Source of the DNA: Octopus sinensis
Taxonomy: Eukaryota
Reading direction: 5' to 3'
NCBI RefSeq assembly: GCF_006345805.1
Contig: NC_043006.1
Span: 90,334,001 to 90,398,000 of the forward strand
DNA length: 64,000 nt
Below, piece after piece: positions 1-11,660 of the stretch. The notes beneath the pieces were generated by a model that saw only the letters and a list, made by a program, of their open reading frames with translations, did no database searches and was not told the origin of the DNA. The position numbers and the translations under genes are program-made. Position 1 is the first letter of the stretch. Every line of letters begins with the position of its first letter.

Positions 1-105
1 CCCGGGGTCGATAAAACAGGTACCAGTTGCATACTGGGATTGATGTAATAGATTATACCCCTCTCCCAAATTTCAGGCTTTGTGCCTATGGTAGAAAGGA
101 TTATT
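1..105 (+). mobile_element. 3' part of tRNA-headed SINE (family B)
   Basis: ggggtcgataaaacaggtaccagtt...gtagaaaggattattattat matches the reverse complement of copies at 11435-11660 and 25360-25595; (ATT)n tail. Confidence 0.65.
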
Positions 106-189
106 ATTATTATGATGATGATGAAGCTATTACATGCTATATCAATTAGTAGGGATGGTGTTTTGAAGAAAAGTTTCAATAATCTTTCT

Positions 190-480
190 AAGATTTTTGA
201 AGAATACAGCAGGGCACTTTTTTCAGAGTCTTAGATTGAACTTCTCAAGCTGTGCACCAATTACCACAGGAATAATTGTTATCTTACTCTTCCACAACCT
301 CTTCATCTCTCAGTCAACATCCTGCTATTCCTTATTTTCTTTGGTATTTGCTCTGTTATTCTACAGAATTGCAAAATCTATGATATTACGCTGTATTTTT
401 GGTCCGCTACAATCATATCTGCTCTCCTAGCTTCCATAGTATGGTCTGTCTAGTTCTATTTTGCAATTATTACTATTTTA
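190..480 (-). mobile_element. Decayed R4/Dong-clade non-LTR retrotransposon, RLE end
   Basis: Minus-strand pieces IIDFAIL and EMKRLWKSKITIIPVVIGA resemble the R4/Dong RLE C-terminus; stops and frameshifts; next to (ATT)n. Confidence 0.55.
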
Positions 481-843
481 TTAATACTGCATTTATTATT
501 ATCATTATTATTATTCTTTTACTAATGCAAACCTTTCAGAAAATAAAATTTAAAAAACCCCAAAAAAACTACAAAATAAAACAGACGCAATAATTATAAC
601 AGGAATTAATAAAATATAATGCACACACATACATATACAGACACATATATATGTATACATACACATATGTATACATAAATATATATGTATATATACTTAT
701 ATACATATATATACACATACATAAGTATACATACATATATATGTATATATAATTATATACATATATGTATACACACATAAGTATACATACATATATATAT
801 ATATATATGTGTATATATGATTATATAAATAAATATATAAATC

Positions 844-931
844 TTAAGCACAAGTTGGACAGACACATTCTGTCATGTCTAATGAAAGACAAAGACTAGA
901 TTTTTCATACAGATCAAAACTGAAACATTTC
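844..931 (-). CDS. Candidate alternative terminal exon (phase 2: xKCFSFDLYEKSSLCLSLDMTECVCPTCA*)
   Basis: Long U-rich tract on minus strand (940-1040), branch-like CTGAC, acceptor TTACCAG|G at 932/931; unique sequence. Confidence 0.3.
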
Positions 932-1883
932 CTGGTAATGTCAGTGGACCAAGAAAGCAAAAAAAGAAAAAAGACAGAAAATTATAAGGAAAAAAAGAAA
1001 GAAATTGAAATGAAAAATAAAGTAAAAAAATAAAATATGATGCAAAACAATACCCAGTAGTCAACATAATTGATTAAGATAATGGAATTACAAAAAGCAA
1101 AAAAAAAAAAATAATAATCATTAAATAAAAATATAATGAAAATAATAATAATTTACTTAGTTGCAAATCACAAGGATAAAAAGTAAAATAAAAGGAAGCA
1201 AAAAAAAAGTATTAAAAAAAATAAATAAAAACAGGTGAGAAGTAATCGAGAAAGAGAGGTCAGTGTCTAAAAGTGATTACTTTTTAATCAGGAATAAAAA
1301 TAACGATGAGATGATGATGATGAGGGTGGTGGTGGTGGTGGTTATGATGACGATGATGATGACAAAAATAATTGTTTCTAATATAATAATAATAATAATA
1401 ATAAGAAGAAGAAGAATAACAACAACAACAACATCTAAACATTTCAACCCGAGCAGTTTGGTCAAAAAAATCTGAAATATGTTGCAACATTTCTTCACTT
1501 TGGCAGGTTAATTTGCAAACAAACAGAGTTCAAAGGTTCAATACAAAGGTTTTAAACAATTTTATTTATTTATTTATTCCCTCTCCATTAAAAAAAAAAA
1601 GAAATATTGCAAATTTTCAACACAAGCATTTCTGTTTTATTTTTCATTTTTTTTATCGTCACTTTACATTTTTGTTATTACTTATTCTGTTCTTTAGATG
1701 GTTTCCTTCATTTAGCTCTGGTCAGACTGGAGCACTGCTCTCAAAATTTTCTTTCTGTCAATCATGTCAATCTGCATATACACAGACAGACAAACACATA
1801 CAAGCACATGTTGACAGGATATGGTCAATAAGTTTGCTCCCCAGCAACACTGTTGAGAGAAGTGTCATCTACAACAGCTTTGG

Positions 1884-2030
1884 AGAGTAGTGGGATGGTA
1901 TGATGTCACCCTCACTGGAGGCACACCCAAAGACATTCCCAGTCGGGAGGAACTTGACTTTCATGATGTCCATGTTACACCTTACAACCTTTGCAGTTTT
2001 CACAGAGCATTGAGCAGCTGTTGGGCTGTC
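1884..2030 (+). repeat. Short copy of unclassified dispersed repeat; left arm of inverted pair
   Basis: gtgggatggtatgatgtcaccctcac...cattgagcagctgttg is the diverged reverse complement of 2138-2278. Confidence 0.75.
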
Positions 2031-2137
2031 AGCCTCAAGACTAAAGCTGTAGTTGAGAAAAAGTTAGCTCAGTGGAAGACATCTGAACATTGAAAAAGAG
2101 TTACTGGTTTAATGATGAGTCACACTGAGTCTAAAAA

Positions 2138-2278
2138 GGCCAACAACAGCTGCCCAATGCTCTGTGCAAGCTGTAGAGGTTGTAAGATGTGAAATGGACA
2201 TCATGAAAAGTACCATGAATGTCTTTGGGTGTGTCCCCAATGAGGAATGAGGGTGACATCATGCCATCCCACAACTCT
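2138..2278 (-). repeat. Short copy of same repeat; right arm of inverted pair
   Basis: caacagctgcccaatgctctgtg...gagggtgacatcatgccatcccac. Confidence 0.75.
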
Positions 2279-2299
2279 GAATAAGACCTTAGGCTTAAT

Positions 2300-2445
2300 T
2301 TAGAGAGATATGTGAAGCTACTGGAGACTGCAAGCAAACCCTGGCTGAGAAGGTTGCAGCTGGTAGGCCTTTATGTGTGGCAGCAGGATTTGGCTTACTT
2401 CATGAACAATTTCCTGGATTGCCACATGACGATCTTCTATGACTA
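2300..2445 (+). mobile_element. Tc1/mariner (DD37D-like) transposase fragment
   Basis: KPWLRRLQLVGLYVWQQDLA resembles WVQKVAAGRLYVWQRDSA of the 61320-62160 element. Confidence 0.5.
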
Positions 2446-2701
2446 TTTGCTGAACTTCTTAACAGGCTCCTTGTTTCAGCTTGTGGATGACCTGTCTGAA
2501 TGTACCTCATTCTCTGCTGTGGTGTGGCCAGGTTTGAAGCAATCATACCAGTCTTTCATCTGAATTTTACCCATGGCATCATTGCTGAATCTTCTGGGTG
2601 GTTTAAGTTTGAGTGTCACCAAACAGTAAACAGTCACACAGAGACATTACCAACTACATGTATATACAGTTGGTAATATCTTTGAGCGACAATTCATTGT
2701 G

Positions 2702-2742
<41 letters not shown>

Positions 2743-3107
2743 ATGTATGTATATATATAGTAACGTTTGTTTTGAAGTCAAGTTACATGTAAAAACAATT
2801 TAACTTTTAAACTGAAGAATTGCTCAATACTTTTTGTTGGAGAGCATGGTTATTAAACTTCAAAGTCAATATCACCCTTTCACTTGTAAAAGTATATTAC
2901 ACACATACTCCCTCTCTCTCTCACACACACACATACATACACAATACTCATTCAAAATCGTCTTTTGTCTACAAAATGAATTTACAACAAGGAAGCATTA
3001 CTCCTCATTATAATGCAGAACACAAAAGTGAAGAGGAAAACTCAAGATGACAGCGCAACAATTTTCTTTGGAATTCCATAGAAATGACAAGATTTACTAA
3101 CTTATAT

Positions 3108-3512
3108 GTCTTCTTTTATTCTTTTAGCTGTTTACTTATTTCAGTCATTTGACTGCGGCCATGCTGGAGCACCACCTATAGTAAAAAAAAATGACCCCAG
3201 TAGTACTTATTCTATAGGTCTCTTTAGCCGAACCGCTAAATTATGGGGACATAAACACACCAACATCAGTTGTCAATCTATGGTGTGGGGGACAAACTCA
3301 GACACACAAATACATATATACATACATACATACATGCATACATATATATATGTATACGACAGGCTACTTTCAGTTTCCGTCTACCAACTTCACTCACAAG
3401 GCTTTGGTCAGCTGAAGGCTATAGTAGAAGCCACTTGCTTAAGATGCCATGCAGTGGGAGTGAACCCAGAACCAAGTGGTTGGGAAGCAAGCTTCTTACC
3501 ACACAGCCACTT
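3108..3512 (-). mobile_element. Near full-length tRNA-headed SINE (family A) with internal microsatellite and CR1-type tail
   Basis: Head gtggtaagaagcttgcttcccaaccac...ggaaactgaaag (3512-3350); tail ggtggtgctccagcatggccgcagtc matches the 3' ends of CR1-clade LINEs at 46740-46780 and 57820-57860. Confidence 0.8.
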
Positions 3513-4214
3513 CTGTATATCTATGTAGGTTTATGTGTATGTGTATGTATGTTTGTATGTACGTCTGTGACCATGCCTGCATTAATGTTTATTTATATAA
3601 ACATTGATGTTGTATCAGAAACTTTAACTTAGGAGTTGACAAATATCGATCTATAAGTGAAGCACCAGCTTGAAATAAGTATTGGAGTCCATAGAAGAGA
3701 GAAAACATTTGAATCTGGGGTCCCAGGTTTTGATCTAATGGATGAGACTCATAAATTATAAATGAACAAAGATGTGTGTGTGTGTGTGCGTGTGCATGTT
3801 TACAGATGCAGAATGTTTGGATGGTAAAAAAAGCTTTGTTTTCTAGTTGCAGACTCACAGCATGGCAGCAGGGGCCATTGTGATTTTCAAACAACCCCAG
3901 ATCACATCTTAACTTGAATGAAACCAGGTTGATAGAAACTGCACATAGAAGCCTGCTATGAAGATTGAACTCGTAATTTTAAGAATATGGCCTTTGCAGA
4001 CTCTGTAGTCAGCTGATTCAGCTTTGGAATTATTTTCATGGGTGCACCACATACCTGTGGAACACTCACCAGGTGATTGTGGATTAATTCAAGAGCAGGT
4101 AATTCAGTTGAATAAAGAAATTAAGCAGCTTCATTGAACGATTGAAAGCCATCATCATCATCATCATCATCATCATCACTCTCTCTCTCTTATACAGACA
4201 CAAACACACACACA

Positions 4215-4375
4215 AAGGGCTTCACACAGTTTCTGGCAACCAAATTCACTCATGAGGCATTGGTCAACCTATGGCTACAGCAGAAGACATTTGCCTGGAA
4301 TGTTGTGCAGTGGGACTGAACAAAAAAAAAACATGGTTGCAAGTCAAGTTTCTTAACCCCTTATTAGTCATGCTT
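4215..4375 (-). mobile_element. SINE family A head, diverged
   Basis: aaattcactcatgaggcattggtc...gcagtgggactgaac...tttcttaacc. Confidence 0.7.
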
Positions 4376-4492
4376 TCATAACAGAAGTAGGAAAGGCTGA
4401 AATCAGGGTTTTGGTTCTTATTGTCAATCGCATTAAGGTCCCACCATTGTGTGATCCCACAGGTTTCTACATGGTCTGAGGAGGACCTGATC
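4264..4492 (-). CDS. Candidate alternative exon (phase 2: xIRSSSDHVETCGITQWWDLNAIDNKNQNPDFSLSYFCYES...)
   Basis: Acceptor ccttttctctcattctttgtctgctgtttatattag|G at 4493/4492; shares VETCGI with 15802-15871 via synonymous differences; frame runs on into a SINE. Confidence 0.4.
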
Positions 4493-4853
4493 CTAATATA
4501 AACAGCAGACAAAGAATGAGAGAAAAGGACATGGGCTTTAATTAATTTATTAATAAAGAAATACCAATTTCAAGCCCATGTTTTTTCTTTCACCACCTAC
4601 ACACACACCTAGTGTGTGTACATATAATTATTTCATTTTCTTGCTAACTTCAGTAAACCAAGTTATATATATTCACTCGTCGTTAAATTAGAAGATATTG
4701 CAATTTAGAATTTAGAGAATAAATAACATTTAAAAAAAACAAAATGTGAAAAATAAAAATCCCTTGTGTATAAAGAATTTGCCTTTATGTTTGTGCACCG
4801 ATTCTAAGTAATTTTCACTCACTCTACTGAACACGCACACTCACACACATGTG

Positions 4854-4885
<32 letters not shown>

Positions 4886-5545
4886 TTTTCAAGTTTGCCA
4901 CATAGGAATAAATTATATCCTAAAAGTAAAATTTCATGTCTGTCTGTCAAAACATTATCAGATAGAAGACATTTAAAGACGAAGCTGAGCTAATTAAAAA
5001 TTTAAAAAATATAATTACAATAAAAGATAAAACAATCAAAACTAACAGCAAATTATTTCTTTGTTTCCATTTTTTTTCTTCTTGGACATAAGTTTGGATA
5101 TAAAAACAAAAATGGAAAACATATGGATGTTTTATGTTTTAAGTTTGCATTTTTTAGAAAATCTTTTTAAATATTATGTTTCCAAGCAAATAATTTTTCT
5201 ACATTCTAAACACAACTTATTTCTTTTAAATCTGTTTGAAACATTCAAAATATTCATAGAATTATTTATTATACAGATATCATAATAAGTTTAGCAAAAT
5301 GCAAACATATTCACCTTAGGGGTGTTTTTCTTTCTTTTTTTTATATTTCTATTTATTTTCATTTATTTATTCATTTATTAAGTTCATAACTCAAATAAAA
5401 AATATAATAATAAAGTTCTTCGAAGATTCACCAAAAGAGAAAGTTTTGCTTTGATTCTACTTATTTTGTAATAATTAGCTAAAACAATCAACTTAACTCT
5501 ATGAAATAATTGCTTTCAGATTCCCACTTGGTTTTTCTCTAGAGT

Positions 5546-5603
5546 TTAACATTCTACCATAAAAGGCAAAGCGTTAATGCTATGCTGAAGATATGGAATA
5601 TTT
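5546..5603 (-). CDS. Candidate alternative terminal exon (phase 2: xNIPYLQHSINALPFMVEC*)
   Basis: Acceptor ctgttttctatttacag|A; start resembles 6101-6185 at nucleotide level. Confidence 0.3.
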
Positions 5604-6100
5604 CTGTAAATAGAAAACAGCATTATGCATGGCAACCACTGGATGTGTTTCACATCTCTAGATGCTGCTCATAATTAAGGTACAAAACTAATTACTGCTC
5701 CACCTTAGAAGAAACATTCTTGAGATCTACAACTTAAAGAAACAGAAGAATCTTCAAAGAATAATTATAAACTTGTTAAGTTTCTTTATAATTATCTCTT
5801 TATGTAATATATTTCTAGGCTTTTACTGAAGATGCCGAAAGAGAATATATACATAAGATGTGTGGGATATTTTAATTAAGTATGGTTCTAAAGAAATCTT
5901 CCGAGAATTACTGATTCATTTTCTGGAGTGTGCCACCAACACGAATAGTGCAAACGTTTCATCTAAACATAGAATTTTGGTGCCCAACAGAATGTCAATC
6001 AATGGATCCCTACTGAGTAAATAATTTATGGGAATTTGGAATGCAAGGCTAAAGAGGCATGGAATATATTCAGGTGAAATGATGTTGCTGAAATGCACAG

Positions 6101-6185
6101 TTACACTTTGTAACATAAAATGGAGCAATTCCCATGAGGTATTCTATGGGTACTGGACAATGGCAAAAATAGGGAATATTGCAAG
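6101..6185 (-). CDS. Candidate alternative terminal exon (phase 2: xLQYSLFLPLSSTHRIPHGNCSILCYKV*; phase 1: xCNIPYFCHCPVPIEYLMG...)
   Basis: Acceptor gtttgttttattatatcag|C after an AG-free tract with CTAAA/TTAAT branch candidates. Confidence 0.3.
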
Positions 6186-7319
6186 CTGATATAATAAAAC
6201 AAACACACAGAACAGTTATTTAGATTAATGTGAACATAGCAGTGAAAGCTTGGCGGTCACCATGACATGAAGTGGGGGCAATAGAAAGAAGGGGACTCAA
6301 GAGAAATTAAGGTAGAGTCACACGGAGGATTAGAAGCATTAAGAGTGTTATGAAGCTAAGGAATAAATGGCAATTGATTGAATAGCATTAGGGTTGAGAA
6401 CCATTCTGAGGAATGGGATTAAATGAGCAAAGGTTGATATACTGATCCACCATAGATTTGGTGAAAACCCATGAAAGGGATTTTTATCTTTAATAGTCAA
6501 GAAAAGGGCTTACAGAATCAACAATACAACAATTTGTTGATATGTCTGTGTGTGTGTGTGTGTGTGTGCGTGTGTGCGTGTGTGTGTGTGCGCGCGTGCA
6601 TAGAATTACAAAAGAGAAATAGCAAGGGAAATGATGTATTAAAATGAGTCTGGATTATCTGAAATGATAAAAGAAGCAATGCTTTCAGATAAATGCTTCC
6701 ACAATTAGAAATATGGAATTTAAAAATAACAATAAATGTCTGTTAAGCTGTAAATGGTTCATAAGGACTTATCTCAGATTTCTCAGCATTAAGTAGATGA
6801 GAAATACATCTTTCTGTGATAGAACACTGGTTTAATGCAAAGGAAATTACTTATTCTTGACAACTAAATGAAGAATATAGAGTTGGATGATTTGTCTGAA
6901 TATGTAATGCAACATCTCTGCACACAACTGAAATGAGGAGATGCCAAGCACTGCTATTTACTCTACCTCTTATACAGTCACACGGCCAGCTAGATATAGT
7001 AGGTACACTTCCCTCATGTTCATCAAATGCAGTGATGGTTATATTGTGTCTGTAAAAATATATGGAATGGTCAGAATTGGAACCTTTCTTATGCTATATT
7101 TGCTCAATCACAGATCGTAAACTATCATCCAAAGGTGACCTGGTCACTAATTCTTGCAGGTCATAGATGAGTGGTGCTAAAACTAAAAAAATAACAGCAG
7201 ACACCTGACTGTGACATATTAATTGAAATTCCTGCAACCAAAAATTTAAAAACAAAAAAGGACAAAACAGAGTTTCCCTCCATGCAATTCTTCATTCATT
7301 ACTTATGATGGTTAAAGTC

Positions 7320-7810
7320 ATCAACTGCTCAATGTTCAATGAAACACTGTAAAGTGTGACATGGACAGCTGCAATGGAAACTGCAATGCTGTGGTCAGCA
7401 GGGGTGATGCAGCGGGTGTTTTGCCTGCATCTGCATTTGCCAGAATCCACCAAACAAATGCAGGACAAGGTGTTGGTAAGAATGATGGTAAAAGTAATGG
7501 AGGCTGGGGTTGTCAACATGAAGTTGGCCCTGATTGAGAATCTTTGCTACCACTCATACAAGAGCCTCAAGGGACAACTGCTTGATGAAGGCAAGGTTCC
7601 TGAACAAGCTGAGGCATCCTGTTGAATAAGGGATGATCTGATGCTTCTCAGACAAAAAAAAAAAAAAAAACTTCTGCCAGGACTAGTTGCACAATACTCA
7701 GAACTACAGGTGACTTGCCTACAATCCATGAGATGTCCAAGATATCATGAAAACCAAGTTCCTCACCAAAATGTGTGAATTTGGGTAAGGGTGACATCAT
7801 GCTGCCCCAA
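7320..7810 (-). repeat. Long (~490 bp) form of the 1884-2278 repeat family
   Basis: Minus 5' end atgatgtcaccc...gaggaacttggttttcatgat and 3' end gtccatgtcacactttacag...cattgagcagttg match the two halves of the short copies. Confidence 0.6.
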
Positions 7811-8049
7811 ATCTTTGAATAAGGTTTTACAATCAATTCAGAACACTGCTGGACACTGGTCAATCCCTGACTGGAAAGGGTTGCTGCTGGAAAACCATAT
7901 ATATGACAGCAGGATTCAGGTCTTGCTGTATTTCTGGAAAGAGTCAGAAGTGATTGTCAGAGAATTTCTACAACCTCACCAACCACAATTTCTAGACTTC
8001 TGATTCCCCCAGTTATAATGGAATGGGTTACTAAGCGGGGATCACAGTT

Positions 8050-8320
8050 AAGGAAGAAACCACCACTCCCTGCTTGCTATACAAAGGCTGAGCTGGGAGC
8101 CAGAACAAGGAGGTATTTCTTCTTTTTTTAATTTTCCCAAGAATGCAATTAAGAATGTATGTACCAGGTTCCAGAGCCATGTTGAGTAAATTTTAATCAC
8201 CCAGCCATATTCTAGTTGAAATTTGTTTTCTATTTCTTTAAATACATTCATTTTTGGATGGAGCACTGTGTTTTATTTTCCTTTTACGCAAACTGTCAAA
8301 TTTAACTTGAACACCCTGTA
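8050..8320 (-). mobile_element. Tc1/mariner terminal fragment
   Basis: Ends aaatttaacttgaacaccctg|ta, a CAGGGTG-type TIR with TA. Confidence 0.4.
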
Positions 8321-8657
8321 TGTATGTATGTGTGTAGGAGGGATGCTAGTGACTTTGAAGTTTTGGCCACCTCATCTTTGTTGGATTGTCTGACAAAAGC
8401 TAATAGAGAGAAACTTCAAACCCAGTTCTCCCTCTTCTTGTAAAACTGTAATTCGTATTTACACAGCAAAAAACGTAAAGTTCAATCTTTTTCATTATAA
8501 TTCAACATAAAAACATACATTAATATATATATATACATACAGACATGCATAGATACATTCATACATGCATGCATACATACATACATACATACATACATAC
8601 ATACATACACGTGTGTGTGTGTGTGTTATCTTCTTTGTTTGAAACAGAGAAATAAAA

Positions 8658-8707
8658 TTATCTTAACTGGCAGATATCAAATCCAAATGATGGATCACAT
8701 GCTATAT
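8658..8707 (-). CDS. Candidate terminal exon (phase 1: xIACDPSFGFDICQLR*; phase 2: xYSM*)
   Basis: About 110-nt AG-free pyrimidine tract ending cccgtcatag|A at 8708/8707. Confidence 0.3.
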
Positions 8708-9068
8708 CTATGACGGGAGAGAGGGGGGGGGAGGGGAAGGAGGGAGAGAGAAAAGATAATCAAAGACAGAAACAGGGATAAAAAGAAAAGAAGGAAGATC
8801 GACAAAAAACAATCAAAAATCTAACAAAATATTTGAAAAGCTTGAAAGTTGTGTTTTCATAAAGTGATACACATGACAATTTCTGGCAATGAATTCGCTG
8901 ACAACATTTATGAAAATAGGAAATATTATAACTTATGTTAATCAACTGATATCATGCCAGAGAAACAATTCTTTACAAGAAATTGAATTATAATGAAATC
9001 AATAAAAAGATTTACAAATCACATATTTGCAATATCACCATTTTCTGTTGCTGATTCTTATACTGAGA

Positions 9069-9135
<67 letters not shown>

Positions 9136-9273
9136 TGGAAGATGCATTTCTTCATATGACTATTTTGTTTTTTCCTAATGCATTTGATAAATGCTTTTTT
9201 CTTGGTAGAAAGTGTTTTAGTTGATTAAACTGACCCCACTATATAACTGGTAATTATTCTAGTGAGTATAGAG

Positions 9274-9476
9274 TTATGAGTACCCTACACCTTTGCAATG
9301 TACAAGGCAACCCTTTGTGCTAAAGTTACAAGAAATAGCGCCAAGTACATTTTGTAAAGTGGCTTTGCAAAGGGACAGAGAGAGCTTAGGACCAAGTGGT
9401 CCCTTCAGTGTTATCCTGCCAAGGACACAACGGTCTCTCCAGTGTGGGTGCCACAATAAAATACACTCAACACACT
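9274..9476 (-). CDS. Candidate terminal exon (phase 1: xCVECILLWHPHWRDRCVLGRITLKG...GVGYS*; phase 2: xVC*)
   Basis: Acceptor ctctttcttccatttcctaatcccattacag|A with CCTAAT branch; GC-richer unique island; ~67 open codons in phase 1. Confidence 0.4.
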
Positions 9477-9631
9477 CTGTAATGGGATTAGGAAATGGAA
9501 GAAAGAGAAGAAGAAGAAGAAGAGGAGGAGGAGGGGTAGGTGGTTGTGGTGATGTGGGCGGTGAAATTCAAAACAAAGATACAAGATAGACAAAACCCCA
9601 GAATAATGAAGAGAGTTGAAAGCACACACAC

Positions 9632-9667
<36 letters not shown>

Positions 9668-10047
9668 ACAGATCCACACACATTTAGTCCAGAACTAATA
9701 TGATTCAACAAAACTGCTCTTCAAGAAGAAAAATAATAAAAGTTCTAAGAAATAATAGAACTATTTAAACAATAAGTGAATCTCTTTTGTTGGGGAGAAT
9801 ATAAAGACGGGAAGTTAAACAGTTTTGCTATTAGATTCTATGTGCAAAAAAGAATGATTATTATTATTTTTATTTTTATTGCTTCGTTTCCCTATGATAA
9901 GAATAATCAGTCGATGTACTTATTATCAGGTGTGGCTTTGTTTCTTCAATGTAAGCTAAAAATATTCGTTTTATAGGAGGTGACTCAGGCTGTTAAATCC
10001 ACTGCAGAAATGTGCAGAATATCAAACTCTTTCTAGTTTATCATGAT

Positions 10048-10117
10048 CTAACAATGAACAACAGCAAGAGCAACGGTCATAGAACAAATGGCAAAATTCA
10101 ACAGATTTTTCTTATCA
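10048..10117 (-). CDS. Candidate terminal exon (phase 2: xDKKNLLNFAICSMTVALAVVHC*)
   Basis: Acceptor attgtttgttgcag|T. Confidence 0.25.
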
Positions 10118-10959
10118 CTGCAACAAACAATTATATCCATAACAGAAACCAGACCTAGCAAAATCTCAACTCTCATCTCCACTATTCTGTTGCTGTAGTG
10201 GATAAGAAGATGAACAAGTATGGTTAGGAATGTACTTCAAGTAACCCCAAAACAAGGAATGAGTCGAGGAATAGCATATGTCCTATTGGTGAAAGAGCAG
10301 TAAAGCAAGTCTAGTTATTTTGGTAACAAATGATAGATGTAAGTTCTAAATTGCTGTGAATTTAATTACAGACCAACAGAAACTTGTTTTGACTTCCAAA
10401 TTATGTTAGTGCTCCAGCAATATAATAGTTGAGTGTTATACAAGTAGATCAAATCTAATTTCTTCGTTTTTGGTCATTCAGCCATAGAAAAATCTTTATA
10501 ACAAAGTGGAAAAAAAGTCTTACTCCAAATAAATAAATAAATAAAAACAATATAACATCAAACTAAAGTGAAGTTCGCAGAAATATAACAATGTAAAAAA
10601 AAATCAATATTAAAAAAAAGACAAAAAACATGCAATAAAAGCACCCCCCCTCCCGCCCCCAAAAAAGCCACAAAACAGAAAAGTCATGTAAAAGATCATA
10701 AAATAAAAAAAGCTATCACAATTCCTGATAGTATTTATTTCTTGCAGAAAAATAAAAGAAAGTGGAAGCAGTAAAAGAAACACTGATTACAAATCAATTA
10801 ATGAATGACTTGAAGCAAAGCCGAAGAAATATTTTTAGAATAAGAGGGGAAAAAAAAACAAAGAAAAATAATACAACTTCAGAAGTTAATCTTTTATGAA
10901 GTTTAAAACTGCTACCCAAAAGCATTGTTTAATAATAATAATAATAATAATAATAATCA

Positions 10960-11432
10960 TGAAAATAACAATAAATCCTCTGGGATTTCCCCAATCCAAA
11001 CAGATCAGGTGATAGAGCAGACTGGACCTTGTGGTGGTGGACAAGGTGCACCACATATGCTATATAGTTAATGTTGCATACCTCTTTAACCCACAAATAG
11101 TTAAGAAGGATGGTGAAAAGATAGATATGACCCTCTTAAGTATGAAATAGCCTGGTTATGGAAAATGAAGAAGGTGAAGTTGGTGCCAATAACTGTTGGG
11201 TCCTTAGGAAGAGTATCAGAAGGCATCAGAAGGAATATGACGGAAATTGGAATAGAGTGCCTAGTAGAACTGTTAGAAAAGATTTGCCTCCATAGAATGG
11301 TCAGAATAATCAGGAAAGTATTAGACTGCTGAAAAGAACGGATAGCATGGTACCGTAGACTGTAGATAACAAGCTCGCTGCACATGCAAGACTCCAACAA
11401 AACCTCTGAGATAAAGAGAAATTATAATAATA
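10960..11432 (+). mobile_element. 5'-truncated R4/Dong-clade non-LTR retrotransposon (RLE domain)
   Basis: ILWDFPIQTDQVIE...DLVVVDK...YDPLKYEIAWLWKMKKVKLVPITVGSLG with frameshifts; flanked by (TAA)n on both sides, the known Dong target. Confidence 0.8.
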
Positions 11433-11434
11433 AT

Positions 11435-11660
11435 CATCCTTTCTACTATTGGCACAAGGCCTGAACTTTGAGTTGGGCGGGGGTAATTGATTATGTTGGC
11501 TCCAGTGCTTGGTTGGTCCTTATTTCATCAACCCTGAAAAGATGAAAGGCAAAGTCAACTTTGGTGGGGTTTGAACTCAGAACATGATGAAGGATGAAAT
11601 GTTGTCAAGTATTTTGCCTGGCATGCAAACAATTCTACCAGTTTTTATCAGCTTCACATT
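11435..11660 (-). mobile_element. SINE family B
   Basis: tcaaccctgaaaagatgaaaggcaaagtcaac...tttgaactcagaac. Confidence 0.75.
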
